Of a DNA stretch of 64,000 nt, positions 28,934 through 40,328 are shown piece after piece; within the stretch, counting starts at the first letter, position 1, and every line of letters begins with the position of its first letter. The position numbers and the translations under genes are program-made. This stretch comes from an uncultured Opitutia bacterium (GTDB lineage Bacteria; Verrucomicrobiota; Verrucomicrobiia; Opitutales; Opitutaceae), in the NCBI GenBank assembly GCA_903872505.1, contig CAIQKV010000042.1, positions 1,139 through 65,138 of the forward strand. The letters are read 5' to 3'. The notes under the pieces were generated by a model, which worked only from the letters and a program-made list of their open reading frames with translations, ran no database searches and was not told the origin of the DNA.

Positions 28934-29980
28934 TCACTGCCCCAGCACCCACGCAAAGATCAGCGGCGCCACGATCGTCGCGTCGCTCTCGATGATGAAC
29001 GCCGGGGTCTTCGCCCCGAGCTTGCCCCAGGTGATCTTCTCGTTCGGCACCGCGCCGGAATAGCTGCCGTAGCTCGTGGTCGAGTCGCTGATCTGCGCAA
29101 AGTAGCCCCAGAGCGGCACGCCCGTGCGCTGCAGGTCCTGGTGCAGCATGGGCACGACGCAGATCGGGAAATCCCCCGCGATGCCGCCGCCGATCTGGAA
29201 GAACCCGATCGAGCCCTCGCCGGTGCGCAGCTTCTTCGCCGTCTTCGTGTACCACGCCGCCAGCGTCGTCATGTACTCGATGCCGGTGCGGACGGTGTGG
29301 ACGTTCTTCACGTCGCCGCTGATGACGTGGCCCGCGTACATGTTGCCCAGCGTCGCGTCCTCCCAGCCGGGCACGATCATCGGCAGGTTTTTTTCGCACG
29401 CGGCCAGCATCCACGAGTTCTTCGGGTCGATTTGGTAGCTCTTCCGCAGTTTTCCCCCGCGGAGGATCTTGTACATGAACTCGTGCGGGAAATACCGCTC
29501 GCCGGCCCGGTCGGCCTTCACCCACTCCTCGAGCACGACCGATTCGATGCGGCGCATCGCCTCCATCTCCGGGATGCAGGTGTCCGTCACGCGGTTCATA
29601 TGCCGCTTCAGCAGCGCCTGCTCGTCCTTCACCGTGAGGTGCCGGTAGTGCGGCACGCGTTCGTAGTAGTCGTGCGCGACGAGGTTGAAAATATCCTCCT
29701 CCAGGTTCGCCCCCGTGCAGACGATCGCGTGGACCTTGTCCTGGCGGATCATCTCGGCGAGCGAGATGCCCAGCTCGGCCGTGGACATCGCGCCGGCGAG
29801 GGTCACCAGCATCTTGCCGCCCGCGGCGAGGTGGGTGTCGTAGCCCTTCGCGGCGTCGAGCAGCGCTGCGGCGTTGAAGTGGCGGTAGTTCCGGGCGAGA
29901 AACTTGGAAACCGGGCCTTTTTTGGCTGCCAGCGCGGCATTCACCGCCTCCGGCATCACTTGGGCTTTCTGGGCTTTCAT
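28934..29980 (-). CDS. deoxyhypusine synthase family protein (bacterial DHS/homospermidine-synthase-like)
   Basis: 348 aa with …FLARNYRHFNAAALLDAAKGY…VTLAGAMSTAELG…HAIVCTGANLEEDIF…. Confidence 0.9.
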   Translation of the reverse strand: MKAQKAQVMPEAVNAALAAKKGPVSKFLARNYRHFNAAALLDAAKGYDTHLAAGGKMLVTLAGAMSTAELGISLAEMIRQDKVHAIVCTGANLEEDIFNLVAHDYYERVPHYRHLTVKDEQALLKRHMNRVTDTCIPEMEAMRRIESVVLEEWVKADRAGERYFPHEFMYKILRGGKLRKSYQIDPKNSWMLAACEKNLPMIVPGWEDATLGNMYAGHVISGDVKNVHTVRTGIEYMTTLAAWYTKTAKKLRTGEGSIGFFQIGGGIAGDFPICVVPMLHQDLQRTGVPLWGYFAQISDSTTSYGSYSGAVPNEKITWGKLGAKTPAFIIESDATIVAPLIFAWVLGQ

Positions 29981-30069
29981 AAGCTGGCAAGGTAGCTGGC
30001 GGCCCCTTATCTGGACATAAAAAACCGTCGCATTGGGGGTCTCCGTACGCTCTTGTCGTTGGCCATCCG

Positions 30070-30981
30070 ATGGTTGCCTCGTTTCTAGCCGCCTTTTTCT
30101 TCGCCCTCAACGCCACCTGTGCCAGCCACAGCGTGCGCGCCATCGGCACCCTCCGGGCCAACCTCGGCCGGCTCATCGTCGCGGCCGTCGTCCTCGCGCT
30201 GTTCGCGCACACCGTCGGTCACGGCTTTGCGAGCGCAAGCCTCGGCTGGTTCCTGCTGAGCGGCGTCATCGGCATGGGCCTCGGCGACCTCGGCGTTTAC
30301 GGCGCCCTGCCGTTTCTCGGCTCGCGGCTGACCGTGCTAATGACGCAATGCCTCGCCGCCCCCATCGCCGCGCTCGGCGAGTGGCTCTGGCTCGGCACGC
30401 GGCTCACCGGTCTGCAGATTTTCTGGGGCGGGGTGATTCTCGCCGGCGTGGCCGTGGCCATCATGCCCAGCCGGTCCAACCCGCCGCACGTGCGGGTGCG
30501 TCCGGTCGGGTTTCTGCTCGGGTTCCTCGCCGCCGCCGGCCAGGGCTTCGGCGCGCTCGTCAGCCGCAAGGGTGTGACCGTCGCCGCCGCCGCGGGCGAG
30601 CACGTGGCCAACGTCACCTTCGGCCTCAACGCCGCCTACCACCGGATCATCGCCGGGCTCGCCTTCACCGCGCTCTGGTTCCTGGTGCTGCGCTGGTTCC
30701 GGCGCACGCCCGCCGTCCCCGCCGCCAGCCCCGCGGAGCGCCGCACCGGCCGGCTCTGGCTGCTCGCCAACGGCCTCGCCGGCCCGGTCGCCGCCGTCGG
30801 CTGCTACCAGTGGGCGCTCGCCACCACGCCGGGTGGACTCGTCCTGCCCATCGCCGCGACCGCGCCGCTGCTGTCCATCCCCATCGCGTACTGGCTGGAA
30901 GGCGACCGCCCGAAGCGCCGCGCGATCGTCGGCGCGTTCATCGCCGTCGCCGGCTGCATCGCGCTGACGCTGAATCGGTGA
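30070..30981 (+). CDS. DMT (EamA-like) family transporter, paralog of 19299-20177
   Basis: 303 aa with ~10 TM segments. Aligns by eye with the other DMT gene (LRAN…RL.VAA..L.L.AH, GWF.L.GV.G.G.G, LP.LGS.L…QC…A…EW.WLGT.LT). Confidence 0.8.
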   Translation: MVASFLAAFFFALNATCASHSVRAIGTLRANLGRLIVAAVVLALFAHTVGHGFASASLGWFLLSGVIGMGLGDLGVYGALPFLGSRLTVLMTQCLAAPIAALGEWLWLGTRLTGLQIFWGGVILAGVAVAIMPSRSNPPHVRVRPVGFLLGFLAAAGQGFGALVSRKGVTVAAAAGEHVANVTFGLNAAYHRIIAGLAFTALWFLVLRWFRRTPAVPAASPAERRTGRLWLLANGLAGPVAAVGCYQWALATTPGGLVLPIAATAPLLSIPIAYWLEGDRPKRRAIVGAFIAVAGCIALTLNR

Positions 30982-31035
30982 GGCCCGCGAAATCGGTTGG
31001 ACCGGCGCGGCGATTTGGACACAACCCGATCTGAC

Positions 31036-31551
31036 ATGAAACGTTCCCTGCTGCCAGTCTTGGGTGTGATGACCGCGCTGCTCACGAGTAGTTGCACGAC
31101 CGTGATCAACCCGAAAACGGAAACGGACGGCGAAGGCTTGACCGGTGCGTGGAAGGGAAAGGTTCAGTTCAAGACCGGGGCCTTTGCCACGGTCAAGGAC
31201 CTCGATTTCCTGTACGTCTTCAATGCCGGCGGGACCATGATGGAGTCCTCGAACTACGATGCTATGCCACCGGTGACACCCGCGTATGGCGCGTGGAAAA
31301 AGACCGGCCCGCGGCAGTATGAAGCGAAGTATGTCTACTACTGGACCAAGCCCCCGGCAGCCCTGGACGAAATCACCAAGGGCGGCGGCTGGTCACCGGG
31401 CGGCGACGGCGTCCTCACCCAGCAGATCACCCTGTCCGAGGACGGAAGCTCCTTCGACTCGACGATTAGGTACGAGGCCTTCGACCCGGCCGGCAAGCCC
31501 ACCGACCCGGCCAGCGAGGCTAGCGCAAAGGGAACTCGGATAGCACTTTGA
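31036..31551 (+). CDS. lipoprotein, unknown function
   Basis: Starts MKRSLLPVLGVMTALLTSSC (signal peptide plus lipobox Cys), followed by a beta-rich mature part. The ATG at 31036 is preferred. Confidence 0.7.
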   Translation: MKRSLLPVLGVMTALLTSSCTTVINPKTETDGEGLTGAWKGKVQFKTGAFATVKDLDFLYVFNAGGTMMESSNYDAMPPVTPAYGAWKKTGPRQYEAKYVYYWTKPPAALDEITKGGGWSPGGDGVLTQQITLSEDGSSFDSTIRYEAFDPAGKPTDPASEASAKGTRIAL

Positions 31552-31644
31552 AGCGCCTGACTGGCTGCGGCCGGCAGGGTCTTGCACAAATACCAAGCTG
31601 CGCATTGACGCCGGGGTCCGCGTAGGGTGTGGTGGACGGTTTCC

Positions 31645-33542
<1,898 letters not shown>

Positions 33543-33546
<4 letters not shown>

Positions 33547-33603
33547 GGCGGGTCTCTGACCCGCCATCCTCATCGCCATGGGCGGGTCAAAGACTCGCCC
33601 TAC
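33543..33603. repeat. palindromic element, family 2, copy 1, between convergent genes (likely bidirectional terminator)
   Basis: Arms GTAGGGCGGGTCTCTGACCCGCC … GGGCGGGTCAAAGACTCGCCCTAC, each itself a GGGCGGG/CCCGCC hairpin. The TAG stops of both flanking genes lie inside the arms. Confidence 0.8.
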
Positions 33604-34916
33604 CCGATGATCTCGCCGATCAGCCGGGGAGCCACGCCGGGGACGTCGCCGACGGTGATCGCCTTGGCCAGCAGCACCGCGGCCTCCGCCAGCGCCTGCT
33701 CATCATTCGCATGGATCACGCACAGCGGCGCGCCGGTGGCGATGCGCTCGCCGATCTTCACCAGCCCATTCACGCCCACCGCCGGGTCAATCCGGTCCTC
33801 GGCCTTGGCGCGGCCGGCGCCGAGCCGCAGCGCAGCCAGCGCCACGCCCAGGGCATCGACGTCCTCGACAAATCCCGCGCGCGGCGCCGCCAACGGCACC
33901 TGCATCTTTGCCTGCGGCAGCCGGCCCGGTTCGTCCACCACGCGCGCATCGCCGCCCTGCGCCGCGACCATCTCCCGGAATTTCCTCAGCGCGCCGCCGT
34001 CCGCGATCACCGCTTCCAGCTGGGCCCGCGCCTCCGCCGCGGTCTGCGCGACCTTGGCCAGCAGCAGCATCTGTTCGCCGAGCGCGAACGTCACCGCCAT
34101 CGTGTCGGCCGGCCCCTCGCCGCGCAGGCAGGCAATGGATTCGGCCACTTCCAGCGCGTTGCCGACCGCGCGGCCCAGCGGCTCCTCCATCGCCGTCAGC
34201 ACGGCGCGCATCGGCGTCCCCATCGCGGCCGCCACCGCCACCAGCGCCGACGCCAGCTCGCGGGCCTTCGCCTGGTCCTTCATGAACGCGCCGCGGCCAT
34301 ACTTCACGTCGCCCACCAGCACGTCCGTGCCCTCGGCGAGTTTCTTGGACAGAATGCTGCCGCAGATCAGCGGGATGCACTCGACCGTGCCGGTCACGTC
34401 GCGCAGCGCGTAGAGCTTCTTGTCCGCCGGCGCCAGTTCGGCCGTCTGGCCGATGAGGCAGAGGCCGATCCGCTCCAGCTGTGCCTGGTAACCGGCCAGC
34501 GGGAGGTTGACGCTGAACCCGGGGATCGACTCCAGCTTGTCGAGCGTCCCGCCGGTGTGGCCGAGGCCCCGGCCCGAGATCATCGGCACGGCCACCCCGC
34601 ACGCCGCGACCATGGGCGCGAGGTGCAGGGAAATGTTGTCGCCGACACCACCCGTCGAGTGCTTGTCCGCCTTCGGCCGCTTCACGCCGCTGAGATCGGC
34701 CACCCGGCCCGAGTGCATCATGGCACGGGTGTAGTCCACCGTCTCCGCGGCGGTCAGCCCGCGCAGGAAGATCGCCATCAGCATCGCGCTGAGCTGGTAG
34801 TCCGCCCACGAGCCGTCGGTCGCGCCGCGCACGAAGGATTCAATCTCCTCGCGGGTGAGCGCGCCGCCATCGCGTTTTTTGGCGATGACGTGCTGCGGGA
34901 AAAGTGCCGGGCTCAT
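33600..34916 (-). CDS. deoA: thymidine (pyrimidine-nucleoside) phosphorylase
   Basis: 438 aa with IAKKRDGGALTREEI, KHSTGGVGD and GRGLGHTGGTLDKLESIPG. Confidence 0.95.
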   Translation of the reverse strand: MSPALFPQHVIAKKRDGGALTREEIESFVRGATDGSWADYQLSAMLMAIFLRGLTAAETVDYTRAMMHSGRVADLSGVKRPKADKHSTGGVGDNISLHLAPMVAACGVAVPMISGRGLGHTGGTLDKLESIPGFSVNLPLAGYQAQLERIGLCLIGQTAELAPADKKLYALRDVTGTVECIPLICGSILSKKLAEGTDVLVGDVKYGRGAFMKDQAKARELASALVAVAAAMGTPMRAVLTAMEEPLGRAVGNALEVAESIACLRGEGPADTMAVTFALGEQMLLLAKVAQTAAEARAQLEAVIADGGALRKFREMVAAQGGDARVVDEPGRLPQAKMQVPLAAPRAGFVEDVDALGVALAALRLGAGRAKAEDRIDPAVGVNGLVKIGERIATGAPLCVIHANDEQALAEAAVLLAKAITVGDVPGVAPRLIGEIIG

Positions 34917-34920
34917 GAGT

Positions 34921-35256
34921 TCAGGATTTGCCGTAGGCGCGCTCGACCCGGGCGATGCGCACCGTGTAGTCAGCGTACCAGGTGTCCCGGCCGGCCCGCT
35001 GGGCCTCCCGGTGCTCGGCGTCGCGTTTCCAGGCGCGGATCGAGTCCTCGTCGCGCCAGTAGCTCACCGTGATCCCCCGCCCGTCGGCGCCGCGCACGCT
35101 CTCGATGCCCAGAAAGCCTTCGTGGCCGGAGCCCAGCTCGACCATGCGGCCGGCCATCGCGTCGTAGCCTTGGTCGCCCGCCGTGCGCCGCGAGGTGAAA
35201 ATCACCGCGTAGTACGGGGGCTCGGGCGTGCGGACGAGGCCGGGGAAAGTGCTCAT
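34921..35256 (-). CDS. antibiotic-biosynthesis-monooxygenase (ABM) domain protein
   Basis: 111 aa: …YYAVIFTSRRTAGDQGYDAMAGRMVELGSGHEGFLGIESVRG…ITVSYWRDEDSIRAWK…. Confidence 0.8.
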   Translation of the reverse strand: MSTFPGLVRTPEPPYYAVIFTSRRTAGDQGYDAMAGRMVELGSGHEGFLGIESVRGADGRGITVSYWRDEDSIRAWKRDAEHREAQRAGRDTWYADYTVRIARVERAYGKS

Positions 35257-35343
35257 GGCGACGCCCTCTTCAATAGCAGGGCCGCGCCGGTGCCGATGAA
35301 AAAACTCGCGCCGGGGGCCGGCCGTCTCAGGCCCGGGGCGACG

Positions 35344-35940
35344 TCACTTGGCCTCGACCGGCTTGCTGGTGCTGAAGACCGACTTCGCGAGGGCAAAGGG
35401 CGTGTGCGTGAGCCGGGACAGCGCCGACGGCTGGCGCACGGGCTCAGCCGCCTGGGCGGCCAGGGCGGCGGCGAGGATCTCCTCGCGCTGGGCCAGGCTG
35501 GCCTCGCGGGCCATGAGCGCCGATTCGTGGCGCTTGAGCATGGCTTCGGTGTCCCTGAGATGCAGGCGGTCGTCGCGCACGTGCGCCTGCTCGGCCTCGA
35601 GCAGCTCGCGGGCGCGGTGCAGTTTCTCCCAGGCCATCTGCAGCGCGGCGTCCGCCTCGACGGGTGAGCCGCTGAACGTCCGGCCGAGGGTGGAAGCGGA
35701 ATTGTAGGTCGGCTCCGCCGGCGCGGCGACGCTGCTGTCGATCTGCTCCTGCCACGCGCGCAGGCGGGCCTCGTAGTCCCGGAGATTCGTCTCGCGATCC
35801 CGCAGCGCCTCAATCTCCCGGTTGAGGCTGACGCGCTCCACCACCTCGCTCGCGGCCGAGGGATCGGCGCGGTAGGCGGGGCTGGGCGCGAGCTTGAGCT
35901 CGGGCTTGGCGGCAGGAAATGCGATCACAGGATTGGGCAT
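35344..35940 (-). CDS. coiled-coil protein, unknown function
   Basis: 198 aa from the ATG at 35940 (MPNPVIAFPAAKPELK). Arg/Glu/Leu-rich heptad-like segments. No family recognised. Confidence 0.6.
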   Translation of the reverse strand: MPNPVIAFPAAKPELKLAPSPAYRADPSAASEVVERVSLNREIEALRDRETNLRDYEARLRAWQEQIDSSVAAPAEPTYNSASTLGRTFSGSPVEADAALQMAWEKLHRARELLEAEQAHVRDDRLHLRDTEAMLKRHESALMAREASLAQREEILAAALAAQAAEPVRQPSALSRLTHTPFALAKSVFSTSKPVEAK

Positions 35941-36105
35941 GGCAAAACGGTCATGGGTTCGGGACGCGCGCATGCATAAGGGTGGTGCCGGCGAATAGCC
36001 AGAGGGCCGGCCGGCTTTTACCCGTTGTTTACCCCGCAAGGCGGGATTTCGGAGAAAATTTACCCCCGGACGCCCCGCGGCCGGAAAAAAACCGCGCCCG
36101 CGGCG

Positions 36106-37344
36106 TCAGGTGCGGAAGATCACGTCCTCGCGGTTGAACATCCGCACCGCCAGCGCGAGGGCGAGGCCGGCATACACGCAGGACGAGCCGAAGATGAGCG
36201 CGATGTACTCCCAGTGCCACACGCCGGAGAGCATCTCCTTGCAGACGAGCGAGAGATTCAGGATCGGCACGAGCGCCAGCCGGAAGTTGAGGTCGATGCC
36301 GGGCAGCATGCCGAGCACCGCCGGCATGATGATGACGAGCACCAGCGGCCCCACGTAGCTCTGCGCCTCCTTGTAGCTCTTGGCGAAAAGCGCCACGGTG
36401 AAGATCACCGCGGAAAACAGCACCGCGACGGGCAGCACCATGGCGAGCACGCCGAGGAGCCCGAGCGGATCGATCATCGGGATCACCGACGCCGAGTCCT
36501 TCGCGGCCGCTGCCGCCGCGAGCGGCGCGGCCTTGCCCCCGCCGGCCCACATCGACCCGGCGATGAACGCCGTCGCCCCCATCGAGACCAGCATGAAGAC
36601 CATGGCCGAGAGCGAGCCGGTCAGCACCATGAGGAACTTGCCCAGCACCAGGTCGACGCGCGCCACCGGGCTGCAGAGCAGCGTCTCCATCGTGCCGCGC
36701 TCCTTCTCGCCGGCGGTCAGGTCCATTGCGGGATACATCGCGCCGGTGAAGCAGAGGATGATGATGAGGTACGGCACGAAGCCGCCGATCAGGTTGCCGC
36801 CGACCTTCTCGGGCGGGGCCACGTTTTCGCGGGAGAACTCGAACGGCCGGACCAGCGAGGGCGGCAGCGCGCGCTCGGCCAGGCGGGCGGTCACGGTCTG
36901 GTCGCGCAGGTCGCGGAAGAATTTCTCCAGCTCGCCGACGCCGAGCATCGACTTCAGCTCGCCCTCGTAATGGTAGATCACCACCGGCGCCGCCGCCCCG
37001 GCGCGCAGCCCCGCCTCGAATTTTTCCGGGATCCGCACCGCGGCGCGGATCTGCTTGTCGCCGATCCGCTGCTTCCAGTCGGCCGTGCTGGCGACAACCC
37101 GGAATTTCTTGGACGCCTTCAGCTGCGCGACGACCCCGGGCGAATCCTCGCCGCCGAGGATCACGATCGAGGGGGTCTCGCCGCGCGCCCGGTTGATGAC
37201 GACCGAGGCGACCTTGCCGACGCCGAACGTGAGCAGCGGCATCACGAGCGTCGGGATGATGATGGTGGAAAGCAGCGTGCGCCGGTCGCGGAGCGAGTCC
37301 TTCAGCTCCTTGAGGTAGACGGTGACGATGTTGTGCCAGTTCAT
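36106..37344 (-). CDS. natB: ABC-2 type transporter permease (NatB-like)
   Basis: 412 aa from the ATG at 37344 ([24 protein letters not shown]). One N-terminal TM, a large loop, then 5 C-terminal TMs. The start overlaps the natA stop (ATGA). Confidence 0.8.
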   Translation of the reverse strand: MNWHNIVTVYLKELKDSLRDRRTLLSTIIIPTLVMPLLTFGVGKVASVVINRARGETPSIVILGGEDSPGVVAQLKASKKFRVVASTADWKQRIGDKQIRAAVRIPEKFEAGLRAGAAAPVVIYHYEGELKSMLGVGELEKFFRDLRDQTVTARLAERALPPSLVRPFEFSRENVAPPEKVGGNLIGGFVPYLIIILCFTGAMYPAMDLTAGEKERGTMETLLCSPVARVDLVLGKFLMVLTGSLSAMVFMLVSMGATAFIAGSMWAGGGKAAPLAAAAAAKDSASVIPMIDPLGLLGVLAMVLPVAVLFSAVIFTVALFAKSYKEAQSYVGPLVLVIIMPAVLGMLPGIDLNFRLALVPILNLSLVCKEMLSGVWHWEYIALIFGSSCVYAGLALALAVRMFNREDVIFRT

Positions 37345-38084
37345 GGCTTCGCCTCCCCACCGGCAACCTTCACGAAGATCTCCTCCATGTCCTGCTCCCC
37401 GTATTGGGTGCGCAGCCCGGCGAGCGTGCCCTCGGCCAGCAGGCGGCCGTCGTGGATGATCCCGATGGTGTCGCAGAGCTTCTCCACCTCGCTCATCACG
37501 TGCGTCGAGTAGATGACGGTTTTGCCGCGGTCGCGGCACTCGCGCACGAAGCGGACGATGGCGCGGGCGGTCATGACATCGAGGCCGAGCGTGGGCTCAT
37601 CGAAGACCATCACCGCCGGGTCGTGGATGAGCGTGCGGGCGATCGAGGTCTTCTGCTTCATGCCGGTGGAGAACTTGTCGCAGCGGCGGTCGAGGAACTC
37701 TTCCATGTCGAGTTGGACGGCGAGCCGCGCAAGGCGCGCCTTGATCTCCGGGTCGGCCAGGCCGTGGAGCCGGCCGAAATAGGTGATCATCTCGCGGGCG
37801 GTCAGGCGGCCGTAGAGGGCGGTGCTGGCGGCGAGGAAGCCCACGTTGGCGCGGACCTTCTCCGGCTCGCGCACCACGTCGAAGCCCGCGACGGTGGCGC
37901 TCCCGCTGGTGGGCTTGAGCAGCGTGGCGAGCAGGCGGAGCGTGGTGGTCTTGCCCGCGCCGTTGGCGCCGAGCAGGCCGTAGATGCGGCCCGGCTCCGC
38001 CCGGAAGGAGACGGCGTCCACCGCATGGATTTCGCCGCGCTTCTTGTCGCGGAAGGTCTTGGTCAGGAGGCGGGCTTCGATCAC
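37341..38084 (-). CDS. natA: ABC transporter ATP-binding protein (NatA-like)
   Basis: Walker [10 protein letters not shown], signature FSTGMKQK and Walker [13 protein letters not shown]. Confidence 0.9.
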   Translation of the reverse strand: MIEARLLTKTFRDKKRGEIHAVDAVSFRAEPGRIYGLLGANGAGKTTTLRLLATLLKPTSGSATVAGFDVVREPEKVRANVGFLAASTALYGRLTAREMITYFGRLHGLADPEIKARLARLAVQLDMEEFLDRRCDKFSTGMKQKTSIARTLIHDPAVMVFDEPTLGLDVMTARAIVRFVRECRDRGKTVIYSTHVMSEVEKLCDTIGIIHDGRLLAEGTLAGLRTQYGEQDMEEIFVKVAGGEAKP

Positions 38085-38316
38085 GGGAAAAGGAGAATGG
38101 GCCAGACGCCGGTGTGGCCAGCGTTAATCACCCCGCGGACGCTCCAGCATGACCACCGTGATGCCCCCGCCGATGGCGAAGCTGACAGCGGGGCCGAGGG
38201 ACTTGCTCATGGCCCAGCCAATGCCGAGACCGATCACCACAGCGAGGAAGAATCGTGCCCGGCAGAGGTAACCGAGCCATTTGGAGGAGGAAGTCTTCAT
38301 GGGAAAAAGGTGGGGT

Positions 38317-39039
38317 TCACAGGCTCATTTTCTCGCGGAACTCCTGCGCCTGGCGGCGGCTGAGCTCGACCTTGGCGCCGCCCTTGAGGTGGACGAGCAG
38401 GCCGCCGCTGAACCAGGGCTCGATCTTGTCGATCCATGCCAGGTTGATGATCTGGCGGCGGTTCGCCCGGAAGAAATACTTCGGGTCGAGCCGCTCCTCC
38501 ATCGCGTTGAGCGAGCGGAACAGCTGCGGCTGGGCGGCATCGAAATGGACGCGCGTGTAGTTGCCCTCGCTCTCGAGCAGGCGGATCGACTTCACCTCGA
38601 CGAACCAGCAGCGGTCGCCCTCGCGCACGAAGACCTTGTCCTCGGCCGCCAGCCGGGCGGGCCGGTTGGCCGGGGCGGCGGGCGCGCCGACCTTGGCGCG
38701 GAGCTTCTCCAGCGCCGCGGCCAGCCGGGCCGGGTCGACCGGCTTGAGCAGGTAGTCGAGCGCGTTGAGCTCGAAGGCCTTGACCGCAAACTCGTCGTAC
38801 GCGGTGGTGAAGATGACGTGCGGCACCGGCGGCTCGAGCGCCGCGAGGAATTCCATGCCCGTCTCGCCCGGCATCTGCACGTCGAGAAAGATCAGGTCGG
38901 GCTTGAGCGCCGCGAGCTGCTCGCGCGCCAGCTTCGCGTTGGCCGCCTCGCCCGCGATCACCACTTGGGGAAAGGCGGCCAGGAGCCGGCGGAGCTCGTT
39001 GCGGGCGAGCCGTTCGTCGTCGATCAGCAGTGCCTTCAT
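38317..39039 (-). CDS. LytTR-family response regulator
   Basis: REC domain (MKALLIDDERLARNEL…IFLDVQMPGETGMEFL) plus a LytTR DNA-binding domain (…VKSIRLLESEGNYTRVHF…). Confidence 0.9.
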   Translation of the reverse strand: MKALLIDDERLARNELRRLLAAFPQVVIAGEAANAKLAREQLAALKPDLIFLDVQMPGETGMEFLAALEPPVPHVIFTTAYDEFAVKAFELNALDYLLKPVDPARLAAALEKLRAKVGAPAAPANRPARLAAEDKVFVREGDRCWFVEVKSIRLLESEGNYTRVHFDAAQPQLFRSLNAMEERLDPKYFFRANRRQIINLAWIDKIEPWFSGGLLVHLKGGAKVELSRRQAQEFREKMSL

Positions 39040-40178
39040 GCGTGGGAGACCGGCAGGGGGATGATCGCCTCGGCCACGACGCTGCCCGGCTCGCCGGCGC
39101 GGAGCTGGAGCGTGGCGCGCTCGCCAAAGAGCAGCCGCAGGCGGTTGGCGGCGTTGGCCAGGCCCATCCCGGTCGAGCCGTTGGTGGGGGCGCGCTTGAC
39201 CGCGCCGGCCTCAAACACACCCGGATTGGTGACCTGCAACCGGAGCGAATCGTTCTCGCGGCGCGCGATGATCGCGATCTCACCGCCCTCCGGTCGCGTG
39301 GAGATGCCGTACTTGACGGCGTTTTCCACCAGCGTCTGCAGCAGCAGCGGGGGGATCGGCAGCTGGAGCGTGTCCGGCGCCACGTCGAGCCGCAGGCGGA
39401 GCCGCTCCTCGTGCCGCACCTGCTCGAGCGCGAGGTAGTCGTTGACGACGCTGAGCTCGTCCTCGAACGGCACGGTCTCCAGCTGTCCGCTCTGGAGGGA
39501 ATAGCGCAGGAGGTTGGCCAGCTGGGTGACGGCCTGCCGGGCCCGCAGCGGATCCTCGTCGATCAGGGCCCGGAGCGAGTTGAGGGAGTTGAAGATGAAG
39601 TGCGGGTTGACCTGCGACTTGAGGGCGCGCAGCTCGGCCTCCTTCACGTGCGTCGCGAGGCTCAGCTGCTCGATCTGCAGGCGGTTGAAGCGGTCGAAGA
39701 GATGGTAGAAGAAATAAATGCACCACCAGCCGCCGAGCATGATCACGCCGTTGAGCAGGCTGAACAAGAAGGCCAGCCACGGCGACACCTTCTCGGTCCA
39801 GGGGCACTGCAGCACGACATAGGGATACCCGTACCCGATCACGCACCACAGCAGGGACTGGACGAAGCTGACCCCCAGGATGCGCGGCACGAGGGCGCGC
39901 CAGCCGAGGGTTTTCCAGCCCCAGCGGGTCACCAGCGGACGCGTGAAGTGCGTGATCAGCCAGCCGGTCAGCACCATCTCGGTGACCATGGCAAAGTGGC
40001 GCAGCGTTTCGCTGGGTGCCGGATTCTCCTTGCTGGGAAAAGCCACCATCAGGAAAAACTGCAGGCCGAGGAAAAACAGCCACCCGGCCGACTGGCAGAT
40101 GACGTAGAGCCGGTCCTTCGCCCGCACGCGGCGCGGCTCGTCGTCGATCAGCACATTGGTCAGGGCACCGGTTTCCAT
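39036..40178 (-). CDS. sensor histidine kinase, LytS/YehU (His_kinase PF06580-like) type
   Basis: Multi-TM N-terminus, then LRALKSQVNPHFIFNSLNSLRALI and an ATPase domain (…NAVKYG…G.GMGL…). The stop overlaps the regulator start (ATGA). Confidence 0.9.
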   Translation of the reverse strand: METGALTNVLIDDEPRRVRAKDRLYVICQSAGWLFFLGLQFFLMVAFPSKENPAPSETLRHFAMVTEMVLTGWLITHFTRPLVTRWGWKTLGWRALVPRILGVSFVQSLLWCVIGYGYPYVVLQCPWTEKVSPWLAFLFSLLNGVIMLGGWWCIYFFYHLFDRFNRLQIEQLSLATHVKEAELRALKSQVNPHFIFNSLNSLRALIDEDPLRARQAVTQLANLLRYSLQSGQLETVPFEDELSVVNDYLALEQVRHEERLRLRLDVAPDTLQLPIPPLLLQTLVENAVKYGISTRPEGGEIAIIARRENDSLRLQVTNPGVFEAGAVKRAPTNGSTGMGLANAANRLRLLFGERATLQLRAGEPGSVVAEAIIPLPVSHA

Positions 40179-40328
40179 GCGACGACATTACAACGTCCCG
40201 CCCCGGGGAGGGCAAACTTTGGACGAACGGTCAGCGCAGCCGGTTGAAAGGCGCCCCGCCCGGCCGGCCTGCGGCCCGGCGGCGCGCCGGATTGTTGACT
40301 CCCCCGGTTGCTCGGCCAAAAAGCGCCC

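Noticed and set aside
36061-36105. GC-rich inverted repeat with an A7/T7 run just downstream of natB, as an intrinsic terminator.
   Set aside because: On the transcribed (minus) strand the T-run falls in the loop between imperfect arms rather than after a clean stem, so it is not a convincing canonical terminator.
38238-38299. ATG at 38299 as the start of a 58-aa membrane protein between the LytTR regulator and natA.
   Set aside because: Careful re-reading shows that the ATG frame stops after 20 codons. The hydrophobic, GC3-rich frame is a different one, with only GTG starts. It is reported as a possible frameshift or mini-ORF under findings, not as a feature.
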